A DNA stretch of 64,000 bases from Candidatus Calescibacterium sp. (GTDB lineage Bacteria > Calescibacteriota > Calescibacteriia > Calescibacteriales > Calescibacteriaceae), in the NCBI GenBank assembly GCA_032249135.1, contig JAVVGL010000006.1, forward strand, positions 1 through 64,000. The letters are read 5' to 3'. Position 1 is the first letter of the stretch; every line of letters starts with the position of its first letter. This document shows, in pieces, positions 1-9,386 of this stretch. The notes beneath the pieces were generated by a model. The model was not told the origin of the DNA, did no database searches, and saw only the letters and a program-made list of their open reading frames with translations. A program made the position numbers and the translations under genes.

Positions 1-1170
1 GAAGATGAACGATATATTTGGGCTCTAAAAGATGTATCTTTTGAAGTAAAAGAAGGTGAGGTAGTAGGAATAATAGGAAGAAACGGAGCCGGAAAAACTA
101 CTTTGCTCAAAATCTTATCAAAAATAACCTATCCTACAAAAGGCTATGCTGTTGTCAGAGGTTCAGTTGGAGCTATGCTTGAAGTGGGAATTGGTTTTCA
201 TCCGGAACTTACGGGAAGAGAAAATATATTCCTTTACGGAACTATACTCGGAATGAAAAGAAAGGAGATTGAAAGAAAATTTGATCAAATTGTAGAGTTT
301 TCAGAACTTGCAGATTTTATAGATACTCCTGTGAAATACTACTCATCTGGTATGTATGTTAGGCTTGCTTTTGCAACTGCTGCACATCTTTCAGCAGATA
401 TATTGCTTGTGGATGAGGTTCTTGCGGTTGGTGATGTGGGTTTCCAGAAAAGGTGTTTTCAGAAGATGGGCGAGATATCATCGGAAGAAGGAAGGACAGT
501 TCTTGTTGTTTCACATAATATGGATGCAATATTGAGGTTTTGTCAAAGAGCTATTCTTATTGATAAAGGTAAAATAATAAAAGATGGAAATGTTTCAGAA
601 GTCGTAAATGAGTATCTCAAATTCTTTGCTGAAATTCCTCAAAAAAGAGAATGGGATTTTGACTATGCCCCTGGAGATGAATTTGTTAAACTAAAATCTA
701 TAAAAGTAAAAAATAAGTACGGCGAGGAGAATTTTTTGTTTGACTCAACGGAGCCTATTTTTGTTGAATTTGAATTCTGGGTCTTAAAGCCAATAAATGC
801 TTGTGCAAATATAGATTTAAGAAATTCAAGAGAAATAATAATTTTTATCTCGGGAGAAGGTTTGCAACCCGAAAGAGCTTACAAAATCCTCAATCCAGGT
901 TTATATAAAGCCATATGTGAAATTCCAGCAAATCTCCTCCCAGACGGAACTTATAATGTAAGGGGAGTGATTACTTCTCCAAGAAAAGATAATAGACCTT
1001 TATATCATGTAGATATTCATAATGCAGTTTCTTTTCAAGTAAATGTTCCTCTTGGTCCAAATTCTCCACGCGGTGATTGGACAGGAGGGTATCCGGGCGT
1101 TATTTGGCCTAAACTCAAATGGGAAACATTTCTTGTGAAAGAAAATAGAGAAGTAGAGAAAATATTTTGA
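1..1170 (+). CDS. wzt: Polysaccharide/O-antigen ABC exporter ATP-binding subunit with C-terminal Wzt domain (5'-truncated by window edge)
   Basis: Frame is open from base 1 (WALKDVSFEV...GRNGAGKTT Walker A at ~76-102). YSSGM signature, LLVDEVLAVGD Walker B, VSH motif, C-terminal extension. Confidence 0.92.
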   Translation, partial: EDERYIWALKDVSFEVKEGEVVGIIGRNGAGKTTLLKILSKITYPTKGYAVVRGSVGAMLEVGIGFHPELTGRENIFLYGTILGMKRKEIERKFDQIVEFSELADFIDTPVKYYSSGMYVRLAFATAAHLSADILLVDEVLAVGDVGFQKRCFQKMGEISSEEGRTVLVVSHNMDAILRFCQRAILIDKGKIIKDGNVSEVVNEYLKFFAEIPQKREWDFDYAPGDEFVKLKSIKVKNKYGEENFLFDSTEPIFVEFEFWVLKPINACANIDLRNSREIIIFISGEGLQPERAYKILNPGLYKAICEIPANLLPDGTYNVRGVITSPRKDNRPLYHVDIHNAVSFQVNVPLGPNSPRGDWTGGYPGVIWPKLKWETFLVKENREVEKIF

Positions 1171-1178
1171 AAGAATTT

Positions 1179-2711
1179 ATGCTTTCTCAAAGAAGAGCTG
1201 GGGTTCTTTTGCATATTACATCTTTGCCCTCTGATTTTGGTGTCGGAGATTTAGGTAAAAGTGCTTATGAATTTGTTGATTTTCTCTCAAAAGCAGGTCA
1301 AACACTCTGGCAAATATTACCTATAAATCCTACAACCTATAATTTTGGAAATTCACCTTACCATTCACTATCCACATTTGCAGGAAATTATATTCTCATA
1401 AGTCCTGAAAAGCTTTATGAATCAGGTCTTGTCAAAAAAGAAGATTTAGAAGAAATAAAAGTGAAAAGGTCAAATAAGGTTGAGTATAAATTGGTATATG
1501 ATAACAAAAAAAAGATTTTGCGAAAAGCCTTTTTGAATTTTGATATCAAAAAAGACGAGTTTCAGAGGTTTCTTTTTGAGCAAAAATGGTGGCTTGAATC
1601 TTATGCCGTTTTCTCTGCAATAAGAGAAAAAACAAAAAAAGAATGGTACGAATGGGACGATGAACTCAAAAAAATAAAAAAAAGAGAGGGAGAAAAAAAA
1701 GAACATGAAAACAAAGAAAAAGACGAGAAGAGTATCAGTGGCTTTGAAAAGCTCAAAAAAGAACTTGAAGACGATTTTTACTTTTTTGTATTTGAGCAAT
1801 TTATTTTCTTCAAGCAATGGTTTGAACTCAAAAGTTATGCTAACTCAAAAGGTGTTTTCATAATAGGAGATATGCCGATTTATCCAGCTTATTCAAGCTG
1901 TGATGTATGGGAAAATCCTCATCTTTTCAAATTAGATGAAAATATGAACATGGTCTTTGTCTCCGGTGTCCCGCCTGATTTTTTCAGTCCAACGGGGCAG
2001 CTTTGGGGAAATCCTGTTTATAACTGGCGGGAGCATGAAAAAGAAGGTTTTAGGTGGTGGATAAAAAGGTTCTCCCATCTTATGAAACTTTATGACTACA
2101 TAAGAGTTGATCATTTCAGAGGTTTCATAGCTTACTGGGAAGTCCCATCGTATGAAAAAACAGCAATAAATGGGAAATGGGTTCAAGTCCCATATTTTTC
2201 ATTTTTCAAAACTATTTTCAGAAGCTTTCCTTTTTTGCCTATAATAGCTGAAGATTTAGGATTTATAACAGAAGATGTAAAGTATGTGAAAGAGTATTTT
2301 GGTATTCCGGGGATGAAGGTTTTGCAGTTTGCTTTTTACGAAGAAAATAGTCCTTATTTGCCTCATAATGCAGAAAAAAACTCTATAATTTATACTGGAA
2401 CTCACGACAATCCTCCAACAAGAGCTTGGTTCAAAAAGCTTGATCCTGAAACAAAGCTTAAAGTTGAAAAATATGTTGGATTTCCAATCACAGAAGATAA
2501 TATATGCTATTTTATGATAAGGTTAGCTTATGCTTCGCCATCTCAATTTGCGATTATACCCATCCAAGATATACTGAGTTTAGATGAGGATTCAAGAATG
2601 AACACTCCGGGTAAGCCGGATGGTAATTGGGAGTGGAGGCTTGAAAATTTACCAGATGAAAAATTGGCTTTTGAACTTTATGAGCTTTCAAAAATCTACG
2701 GAAGAATCTGA
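1179..2711 (+). CDS. malQ: 4-alpha-glucanotransferase (amylomaltase, GH77)
   Basis: RRAGVLLHITSLP, SPY...FAGN, GVPPDFFSPTGQLWGNP, RVDHFRGF, IAEDLG, YTGTHDN, RMNTPG..GNW. ATG 1179 preferred over TTG 1167. Confidence 0.96.
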   Translation: MLSQRRAGVLLHITSLPSDFGVGDLGKSAYEFVDFLSKAGQTLWQILPINPTTYNFGNSPYHSLSTFAGNYILISPEKLYESGLVKKEDLEEIKVKRSNKVEYKLVYDNKKKILRKAFLNFDIKKDEFQRFLFEQKWWLESYAVFSAIREKTKKEWYEWDDELKKIKKREGEKKEHENKEKDEKSISGFEKLKKELEDDFYFFVFEQFIFFKQWFELKSYANSKGVFIIGDMPIYPAYSSCDVWENPHLFKLDENMNMVFVSGVPPDFFSPTGQLWGNPVYNWREHEKEGFRWWIKRFSHLMKLYDYIRVDHFRGFIAYWEVPSYEKTAINGKWVQVPYFSFFKTIFRSFPFLPIIAEDLGFITEDVKYVKEYFGIPGMKVLQFAFYEENSPYLPHNAEKNSIIYTGTHDNPPTRAWFKKLDPETKLKVEKYVGFPITEDNICYFMIRLAYASPSQFAIIPIQDILSLDEDSRMNTPGKPDGNWEWRLENLPDEKLAFELYELSKIYGRI

Positions 2712-2780
2712 AAAGAAAAAGAAAATTTGAAAAGAAAAAATTGCATTATTTTACTTTCATTTTTTTACAATTTTTTCTAT

Positions 2781-4187
2781 ATGGGGAATATTTCTTCTCC
2801 ATCTTTGTTTATTGACCTTTATGAGCTTACTATGATGCAGAGTTATTTTTTCAATAACAAAAACGACATTGCCGTCTTTGATTTTTTCATAAGAGATAGG
2901 GAAGGAGCACCAAGAAGGTTTTATGTTTTTGCTGGACTTGAATTTTTGATTGAATTTATAGAGAACTTAAAATTTTCAGAAGAAGATATAAAGTATATTT
3001 CGGAGCTCGGACTTTTCAAAGATGAGTTCCTCGATTACCTCAGGAACTTCAAGTTTGAGGGGGATATTTTTTCAGTTGAAGAGGGTAGAATAGTTTTTCC
3101 GGGGGAGCCTTTGGTTGAGGTTGTTGCTCCGTTGCCGCAAGCTCAAATTATAGAGACAGCTCTTATAAATCTTTTACAATTTCCTATACTTTCTGCCACA
3201 AAATTTGCAAGGTGCTTTTTAGTTTCAAGGGGGAAGGTTCTTATAGATTTTGGTGCTCGGCGCGCTCATTCCCTTTGGTCCGCAGAAGTCGCAGCTAGAT
3301 GCGCATATATTACAGGATTTCATGGAACCTCTCTGCTTTCGGCAGGAAAAAGATACGGAATTCCTGTTTATGGAACTATGGCTCACTCTTGCATTATGAT
3401 TTACGAAGATGAAAAACAGGCTTTTGAAGATTTTGCAAGGCTATATAACGGTACAGTTTTACTTGTTGATACATACGATGTTGAAAAAGGGGTAAAGAAT
3501 GCAGTTGAAGTTATTCAAAAGCTCAAAGATTACGGTATAAAAATAAGAGGAATAAGAATAGATAGCGGAGATCTTGTAGAGAACTCAAAAAAAGCAAGAA
3601 GAATTTTAGATGAGGCAGGACTTCAAGATGTTTTCATTTTCCTGAGCGGTGGAATAAATGAGTATAAAATAAAAGAGATTTTAGAAACTTTTTCAGATTT
3701 GGCTGGATTTGGAGTTGGAACCGAAGCCACAGTTTCATCTGACCTACCTTATCTTGATTGTGCATACAAACTCGTAGAATATGGTGGAATACCGCGAATG
3801 AAACTTTCAGAAGGAAAGAAAACTTTTCCCGGAAGAAAAAATGTAAAGCGTCTTTACAAAGCAGGAAAAATGGTGTGCGATGTTATTATTCCTTTTTCTA
3901 ATCCAGATGATATGCCAGAGGAATCTGAATTTGACTCTGATTTTGATTCTTACGAGATTTTGCTCAAAAAAGTCGTAGATCACGGTCAAGTTGTAGAGAA
4001 GATAGAAGATAAAAGAAAATATATTCTCTATTGCAGAGATAGATTTATGAGAGATTTTGAAATGCTACCCGAATATCTCAAAAAACTTGATCCACCAAAA
4101 GAAGGAGAAAAATATCCGGTTTTATTTGGAAAAGAATTCTCTACTATTTTACATAGTACAGAAAGAAAAATTCAGGAGAAAATTTGA
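2781..4187 (+). CDS. pncB: Nicotinate phosphoribosyltransferase
   Basis: DLYELTM, DFGARRAH, GTMAHS, LLVDTYD, GIRIDSGD, YKLVE. ATG 2781 is more plausible than TTG 2727. Confidence 0.94.
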   Translation: MGNISSPSLFIDLYELTMMQSYFFNNKNDIAVFDFFIRDREGAPRRFYVFAGLEFLIEFIENLKFSEEDIKYISELGLFKDEFLDYLRNFKFEGDIFSVEEGRIVFPGEPLVEVVAPLPQAQIIETALINLLQFPILSATKFARCFLVSRGKVLIDFGARRAHSLWSAEVAARCAYITGFHGTSLLSAGKRYGIPVYGTMAHSCIMIYEDEKQAFEDFARLYNGTVLLVDTYDVEKGVKNAVEVIQKLKDYGIKIRGIRIDSGDLVENSKKARRILDEAGLQDVFIFLSGGINEYKIKEILETFSDLAGFGVGTEATVSSDLPYLDCAYKLVEYGGIPRMKLSEGKKTFPGRKNVKRLYKAGKMVCDVIIPFSNPDDMPEESEFDSDFDSYEILLKKVVDHGQVVEKIEDKRKYILYCRDRFMRDFEMLPEYLKKLDPPKEGEKYPVLFGKEFSTILHSTERKIQEKI

Positions 4188-4269
4188 TTTGTGCGCAAAA
4201 TTCAATCTGTAATCTCAATTTACAGAAATAAGGATGTAAGGTCTCTGATAGTTTCCAGAAGAAAATAGA

Positions 4270-4515
4270 TTACACTCTTATTCTTATCATGTTCCCTCTG
4301 GTTGGCGATAAATTAATTGTTTGGTTTCCTATCTTGATTGGTTTTATTTCCGGTATAGATATTCTGATTTCTGGTGTAGATATTTTTATAGGTCTTATTT
4401 CGGTTGCACCAGAGAGTAATTGATTTACAGCTTTCTTCTGGAAGTCCATCAAATATCTTACATTTGATATGGAAACTCTTGCTAAGCTTATTGATATATC
4501 ACCAACGTGTGGCAT
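4270..4515 (-). CDS. Small protein, YjfB-like (putative motility protein family), tentative
   Basis: 81-aa ORF. Pattern MD.Q..AV.QLL and C-terminal P.RG.MI.IRV resembles YjfB. Internal EIRPIKI/EIKPIKI repeat. Confidence 0.45.
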   Translation of the reverse strand: MPHVGDISISLARVSISNVRYLMDFQKKAVNQLLSGATEIRPIKISTPEIRISIPEIKPIKIGNQTINLSPTRGNMIRIRV

Positions 4516-4627
4516 ACCTATAATTTAATTACAATCGTAATTTTTTGTTAAAAATTTAGTGTTTTTTATAAATTAGGAGATTTTTCATTTTTCTGATTTT
4601 TATTTGTTTTTTGGATTGGATAAAGTT

Positions 4628-5149
4628 TTATTCTAGTACTTCAATGAATATATTTTCGTTTGAGTAAATAGATATTTCTGCTGAAAGTTTTACTGCTTCT
4701 TTCGCTATTTCTTCTGGGGGTAGGTTTGAGTGTTTGAGGAGAGCTTTTGCGACTGCAAGTGCTATTGGACCACCAGAGCCAATTGCTGCGACATTATCAT
4801 CTGGAACTATGACATCTCCATTACCTGATATTACAAGGATGTTTTGCTTATCTGCTACAAGTAGCATAGCAGAAAGCTGGCGCAGAGCTCTATCCATTCT
4901 CCATTCTTTTGCAAGTTCTATTGATGCTCGTGTTATATTTCCCCCGAATTCTTGGAGTTTTCTTTCAAATCTTTCAAGTAAAGCCATTGCATCTGCTGTT
5001 GCTCCTGCGAAACCTACAAGAACATTTCCGTTAAAAACTCTTCTTATTTTTTTTGTTGTTCTTTTGAAGATGGTATCTCCGAGTGTCATCTGACCATCAC
5101 AAGCCATTACGACTTTTCCGTCTTTGAAGAGGGCGATTACTGTTGTCAA
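4628..5149 (-). CDS. hslV: ATP-dependent protease subunit HslV
   Basis: N-terminal MTT (catalytic Thr), DGQ.TLG, GFAGATADA, LAKEWR.DR.LR.L, AIGSGG. Confidence 0.96.
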   Translation of the reverse strand: MTTVIALFKDGKVVMACDGQMTLGDTIFKRTTKKIRRVFNGNVLVGFAGATADAMALLERFERKLQEFGGNITRASIELAKEWRMDRALRQLSAMLLVADKQNILVISGNGDVIVPDDNVAAIGSGGPIALAVAKALLKHSNLPPEEIAKEAVKLSAEISIYSNENIFIEVLE

Positions 5150-5158
5150 ATTAAAGTA

Positions 5159-5235
5159 TGGCGGGGCTGACGGGACTTGAACCCGCGACCTCCGGCTTGA
5201 CAGACCGGCGTTCTAACCAGCTGAACTACAGCCCC
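5159..5235 (-). tRNA. tRNA-Asp (GTC), CCA encoded
   Basis: Reverse complement GGGGCTGTAGTTCAGCTGGTTAGAACGCCGGTCTGTCAAGCCGGAGGTCGCGGGTTCAAGTCCCGTCAGCCCCGCCA folds as a cloverleaf with anticodon GTC. Confidence 0.97.
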
Positions 5236-5270
5236 ATCTGAAAAAGAAAAAATACACTAACTAAAAAAAT

Positions 5271-5299
5271 AATATAAAACTTCAACGCTACAAAGTCAA
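5271..5299 (-). promoter_or_regulatory. Sigma70-type promoter for tRNA-Asp/hslV
   Basis: Minus strand TTGACT-17 nt-TATATT, about 35 nt upstream of the tRNA. Confidence 0.65.
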
Positions 5300-5312
5300 A
5301 ATTTCTGAAAAT

Positions 5313-6011
5313 TTATGGCGGGAAATTTTTAAGATAATCTGGAAATGTGAGAGGTCTCCTCCAACCGGGACTTTTTCTTTCTTTTCTCATTATAGTAAAT
5401 CCTTGCCTTATGAAAAGAACCCCAGGAGAAAATGCTGGAACCTGAGCTATTCCTGTTTTTATTCTTAAACCCCATACTTCTTTTTCAAATTCTGTTATAT
5501 TCCCGCCATACCCGAAATTTCCAAATTGATCATATATATATCCCAAGGTTTCAATTTCATAAACTTTGTTCCCTTGAGGACAAGTTATATGTTTTATTTC
5601 TATCACAACTCTACTTATGTGATCTGCCCAATATGCTGTACCGTGAGCATAGCAGCCGGTCATATCTACATATCCGTCGGCAGGTGTGTAAAATCCATCT
5701 TCTATTCTGAAAACAACTGGACCTGGGTCAACAACTGTTCCTGGCAGAGCTACGGAAATTCCTGTAAGAAGAGTCCCAGTTGCCCATGAGCCAGTAGGAA
5801 CATTAAAGGTCTGTGAAATTCCTTCCTTCACAACTATAAAAATATGGAAGAAAAATAAGAATGGGAGAAAGGAGGACAATGTATAAAATTTTGGTTTGTA
5901 TTTGAAAGCTATTTTCTTATCATTTGTTCTATTCTTCTTATTTGTTCTATTATTTTTATTAGTCATATTGCTAATATAAAAATCTATATCGGAAGTTTTA
6001 CGGTTTCTCAT
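5313..6011 (-). CDS. Exported protein with TraB/VirB10(TrbI)-like core domain; true start uncertain
   Basis: Hydrophobic signal segment, then VPTGSW..GTLLTG...PVVFRI...DMTGC...G.A...SRV.I...ITC...GYIYD..G..GY.G, matching the F-type TraB C-terminal pattern with its two Cys. Confidence 0.6.
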   Translation of the reverse strand: MRNRKTSDIDFYISNMTNKNNRTNKKNRTNDKKIAFKYKPKFYTLSSFLPFLFFFHIFIVVKEGISQTFNVPTGSWATGTLLTGISVALPGTVVDPGPVVFRIEDGFYTPADGYVDMTGCYAHGTAYWADHISRVVIEIKHITCPQGNKVYEIETLGYIYDQFGNFGYGGNITEFEKEVWGLRIKTGIAQVPAFSPGVLFIRQGFTIMRKERKSPGWRRPLTFPDYLKNFPP

Positions 6012-6072
6012 AAGGTAAATTCCCCGTAAAGTGAGAGTTATATTTGAGCAGTTATTTTTTCTCTATCAATTT

Positions 6073-6846
6073 TTACTTCTTTTTGATTATTGCAAAAATC
6101 ACTGCAACTACACTCATTATAGAAATTACAGTTGGAGATGTTGGAACATCAAAAGTTATAGATAGAATAAAACTTATAGTTGTTGAGACGAGTCCGAATA
6201 TCCAGCCGAAAATGAGGTTTTTCCTATCATCTTCTCCAAAAATAATTTTAGCCAAAAATGTTGGAATTATAAGATATGAGAACACAAGTAAAACTCCTGC
6301 AAGGGAGACCGAAGATGTAACTACCATTCCGAAAGTTGTAAAAAATAAAATTTCCCTGCTGAAACCTGAAAGATTTTTTCTTCTCAATATCAAGCTTATG
6401 ATGAGTATTGATATATAGAGTAATGATGCTTTTGCAACATCTTTGAAATCAACAAAGAGTATGTTTCCTATGAGCATGTGTCTTAAAATTTCGGTTCCGG
6501 ATGGGTTTTTGCTCAAAAGTAAAATGGAAAGAGCCGATGACATAGCATATATTACCCCAACAAAAGCTTCCTTCAAAACTACATTCTCTTTTTTTAAAGC
6601 AGATATTATCAGACCAAAAAGTATAGCCGAAGCCACTCCGAATATATAGTGATTATGAATCCCGAGTAAAAAAGCAGATATTGAACCTAAAAACGATGCC
6701 TGAGCCAAAGATATATCAACAAAAATTATTCCTCTTTCAAAAACATTTAATCCAAACCATACATGAATCAAAATCAAAAACACGCTCAGCGAAAATGCAG
6801 GTAATATAACCTCAAAAACATCAAAGATATTTTTTGCCTCTCCCAT
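6073..6846 (-). CDS. Zn/Mn-type metal ABC transporter permease (ZnuB/MntB family)
   Basis: Polytopic. RGIIFVDISLAQ, EAFVGVIY, L.GNILFV, GVLLVFSYLIIP. Confidence 0.9.
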   Translation of the reverse strand: MGEAKNIFDVFEVILPAFSLSVFLILIHVWFGLNVFERGIIFVDISLAQASFLGSISAFLLGIHNHYIFGVASAILFGLIISALKKENVVLKEAFVGVIYAMSSALSILLLSKNPSGTEILRHMLIGNILFVDFKDVAKASLLYISILIISLILRRKNLSGFSREILFFTTFGMVVTSSVSLAGVLLVFSYLIIPTFLAKIIFGEDDRKNLIFGWIFGLVSTTISFILSITFDVPTSPTVISIMSVVAVIFAIIKKK

Positions 6847-6908
6847 TTTCTAACTCCTTTTTCTTTTTTTGTTTTGTCTGTTTATTTTTTTCTTCACTTT
6901 TTTATTTT

Positions 6909-7802
6909 TCATTTTTCCTCCAAAGCATAAATGATTTTGCTGACATTATATTTTATCAAGCTCTCATAATCTTTCAGCTCTTGAATCTCAGGAACGCAAT
7001 CCTCGTATATTTCCACACCTTTTATTCCAGTTTTTTCTTCCAGCATTTTTATCTCTCGTTTTGGTCTGAAAGGTTCATAAAGTAAAAGTTTTATATTTCT
7101 TTCTTTTATAACTGATATTAGTTTCGTAAGGTGAGCAGATGTAGGGGGTATTCCCGGGTAAGGTTCTATATGTTCTACCATTTTCATTCCTAAAAATTCT
7201 GCAAGGTATTGCCAAGATTTGTGATATCCAATAGCCTCTATGCCTTTGTATTTTGAAAAATCTTTTTTTATGTTGTTTGCAAGCTCGTTTATTCTTTCTT
7301 CAAATTTCCGAGCGTTTTCAAAAAAGTAATCTCCATTTTCAGGAGAAATTTCTTTTAATCTTTTCGCTATATTATGTGCAATTTTGATAGCATTTTCAGG
7401 TGAAAGCCAGTAGTGAGGATTTCCTTCCGGATGTATATCTCCTATTCTTGCCTCACCTATTTTGAACTCTGGAACTTCAAGAAGATTTATCCCTTCATAA
7501 GCTACGATATATCCTTTTTGCCCTTCTATAACTTTTCTGTTCCCTGCTGAGTTTATCAAAGATATAAACCATGAATCAAAGCCCAAACCAACAGGTATTA
7601 CTGCATCTGCTCGTCTTATATGCATAAGCATAGATGGTCTTGGCTCTACAAAATGAATATCAAACCTGCCGTCAGACAAATTTATGACTTTTACTTTTTC
7701 ACCACCAACATTTTTAGCAATATCGCCGAGCGAACATGTAGATGTTACAATCTGAATTTCTTTACTTATGAGAAAATAAGAAATCAGAAAAGCAAGTATC
7801 AT
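6909..7802 (-). CDS. Zn/Mn ABC transporter substrate-binding protein (ZnuA/TroA family)
   Basis: DIHFVEPRPS, GDIHPEGNPHYWLSP, YHKSW.Y, IEP.PGIPPT.AH. Confidence 0.93.
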   Translation of the reverse strand: MILAFLISYFLISKEIQIVTSTCSLGDIAKNVGGEKVKVINLSDGRFDIHFVEPRPSMLMHIRRADAVIPVGLGFDSWFISLINSAGNRKVIEGQKGYIVAYEGINLLEVPEFKIGEARIGDIHPEGNPHYWLSPENAIKIAHNIAKRLKEISPENGDYFFENARKFEERINELANNIKKDFSKYKGIEAIGYHKSWQYLAEFLGMKMVEHIEPYPGIPPTSAHLTKLISVIKERNIKLLLYEPFRPKREIKMLEEKTGIKGVEIYEDCVPEIQELKDYESLIKYNVSKIIYALEEK

Positions 7803-7827
7803 AATATTTGCCTCCTTTTTTGTTTAT

Positions 7828-8919
7828 TTAAAATTGTAAAACATGAGCATGTGATCCCATACCAAACAAGAACTGGAAGAAAATTATGTTTTTCACATCG
7901 CTTTGAGGGAAAAAGCTCCACTGAAACCTTATTTTTGTTGTTTCTGTGAGTAAAAATGCAAATATGGAAGATATTCCCAGTTCCAACTCTGATTGAGAGT
8001 GTTCATTTTCGTTATGAGAGTTTCCGTTATGAGAGTGTTCATTTTCATGATTTTGTTTTGAGAAAAGGTCAAACCTAAATCCTACCTGAAATCTTCTTTG
8101 CGAATAAAACAGAGAAGAATAAAGTCCTCTGAACTTTGTCTCTTTTTCTCTTAATTCTACCAGAGGTTCTAAAATGAAGTTTATCTTTGTGTATCCTCTT
8201 GCGAAAAGATATGAGAGATCTGTACCGAATATATTAGAAAATATTTCTTTTGTCATTCCTTCTTGAAATAGTTCTGATTTTCCACCTGCGTAGCTTATTC
8301 CAAACGAGATTTCTGATTCACCTATTCCGTAGGATGTAAATGTTCTTCCTGTGAAGAAAACATCTTGGAATTTTCCTTCAAACTTTCTCCAAACTCCTCC
8401 TTGCAATCGGAGTAAAAATGGAGTAGGAGCTAACCACTCAATTTGTCCTCCATCTCCTATGAAGTTAAAACTTTGAAAGGTTTCTTGCAAGACTTTCGGA
8501 GGGTCTATGTAAGCCCACTGTTCTGGGTGGAGAGGATTGAACTTCCCAAATTCTATGTATTTTCTTCCGAGCTTTCCGCTAAAACCTGCTCCTATGTTGA
8601 GAAATGAGATATAAGCTTCTTCTATATCTGGTCCGATATGTGCATAATTTTCTGATTCGGTATGTGTGTGTCCGAATGTTGGTCCATGAAAAGAAACAAA
8701 GACATCGGCTCTTATATCTGGAAAAAGGAAAGACTGGAATGCGAATTCAAACTCTCTCAAAGAAAAATTATTTTCTACTTTTTTCCCTAATCTTGACTCA
8801 TTTACTATATCTCCTATTACAGATATATCTGGCATCAAAAGGGCCCTGCCTTTTATTTTTGGTTCCTCTTGCGTTGGCTGTTGGTTTAAAATTAAAACTA
8901 AAAAAACTAATGTTTTCAT
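7828..8919 (-). CDS. Putative outer-membrane beta-barrel metal-uptake protein
   Basis: PDISVIGD, F.LRE.E..F, EEAY, FGKFNPLHP, His-rich loops, C-terminal G.HAH..QF. AAGGAG SD lies 9 nt before ATG 8919 (the ORF track uses TTG 8928). Confidence 0.8.
   Translation of the reverse strand: MKTLVFLVLILNQQPTQEEPKIKGRALLMPDISVIGDIVNESRLGKKVENNFSLREFEFAFQSFLFPDIRADVFVSFHGPTFGHTHTESENYAHIGPDIEEAYISFLNIGAGFSGKLGRKYIEFGKFNPLHPEQWAYIDPPKVLQETFQSFNFIGDGGQIEWLAPTPFLLRLQGGVWRKFEGKFQDVFFTGRTFTSYGIGESEISFGISYAGGKSELFQEGMTKEIFSNIFGTDLSYLFARGYTKINFILEPLVELREKETKFRGLYSSLFYSQRRFQVGFRFDLFSKQNHENEHSHNGNSHNENEHSQSELELGISSIFAFLLTETTKIRFQWSFFPQSDVKNIIFFQFLFGMGSHAHVLQF
7994..8049 (-). repeat. His/Asn-rich coding repeat (HENEHSHNGNSHNENEHS)
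   Basis: gagagtgttcattttc occurs twice, with an intervening gttatgagag repeat. Confidence 0.75.
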
Positions 8920-9038
8920 TTTTTTCAACTCCTTTTTTTGTTTTTGTCTTTGTTTTTATTTTTTGTAAGCTTGTTAGGTTTTATATGTTTTTTTATTTTG
9001 TGTTTGTTTTTTGTTAGGGAATTTTGGGGATAATGGCT

Positions 9039-9317
9039 TTACACCTCAGGAGGAGCTCTTGAGTTCTTTTCTGTTTTTGCTATAAATTTTTTGTTTTGTG
9101 GTTTTTGGATTTTTATACTATTTTTTTGAAATGAAATTTTTATTTCAGGGGTCGTAGTTTTATCAAATGTTTTGTCATGTGATACTATGCATACTTGACA
9201 TGAACTATTTTTCCCAACTTTGTGGTTATGGAAAGATTCTAAAAATATTGATGTTGTGAATAGTAGGGTACAGAGAGTTAAAATAGCAAAAGAAATTTTT
9301 TGTGGAAAATTTTTCAT
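9039..9317 (-). CDS. DUF2946-like leader/arrest peptide (TM-HxH-CxxC-linker-RAPP)
   Basis: N-terminal hydrophobic helix, FHNH, CQVC, C-terminal SRAPP; first gene of the metal-uptake operon. Confidence 0.8.
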   Translation of the reverse strand: MKNFPQKISFAILTLCTLLFTTSIFLESFHNHKVGKNSSCQVCIVSHDKTFDKTTTPEIKISFQKNSIKIQKPQNKKFIAKTEKNSRAPPEV

Positions 9318-9386
9318 TTCTTTTTTAATTTTATGTTAAAATAAACTTTTTCAACTTTAATTTATAACTTTCAGTTTTTTTTGAGC

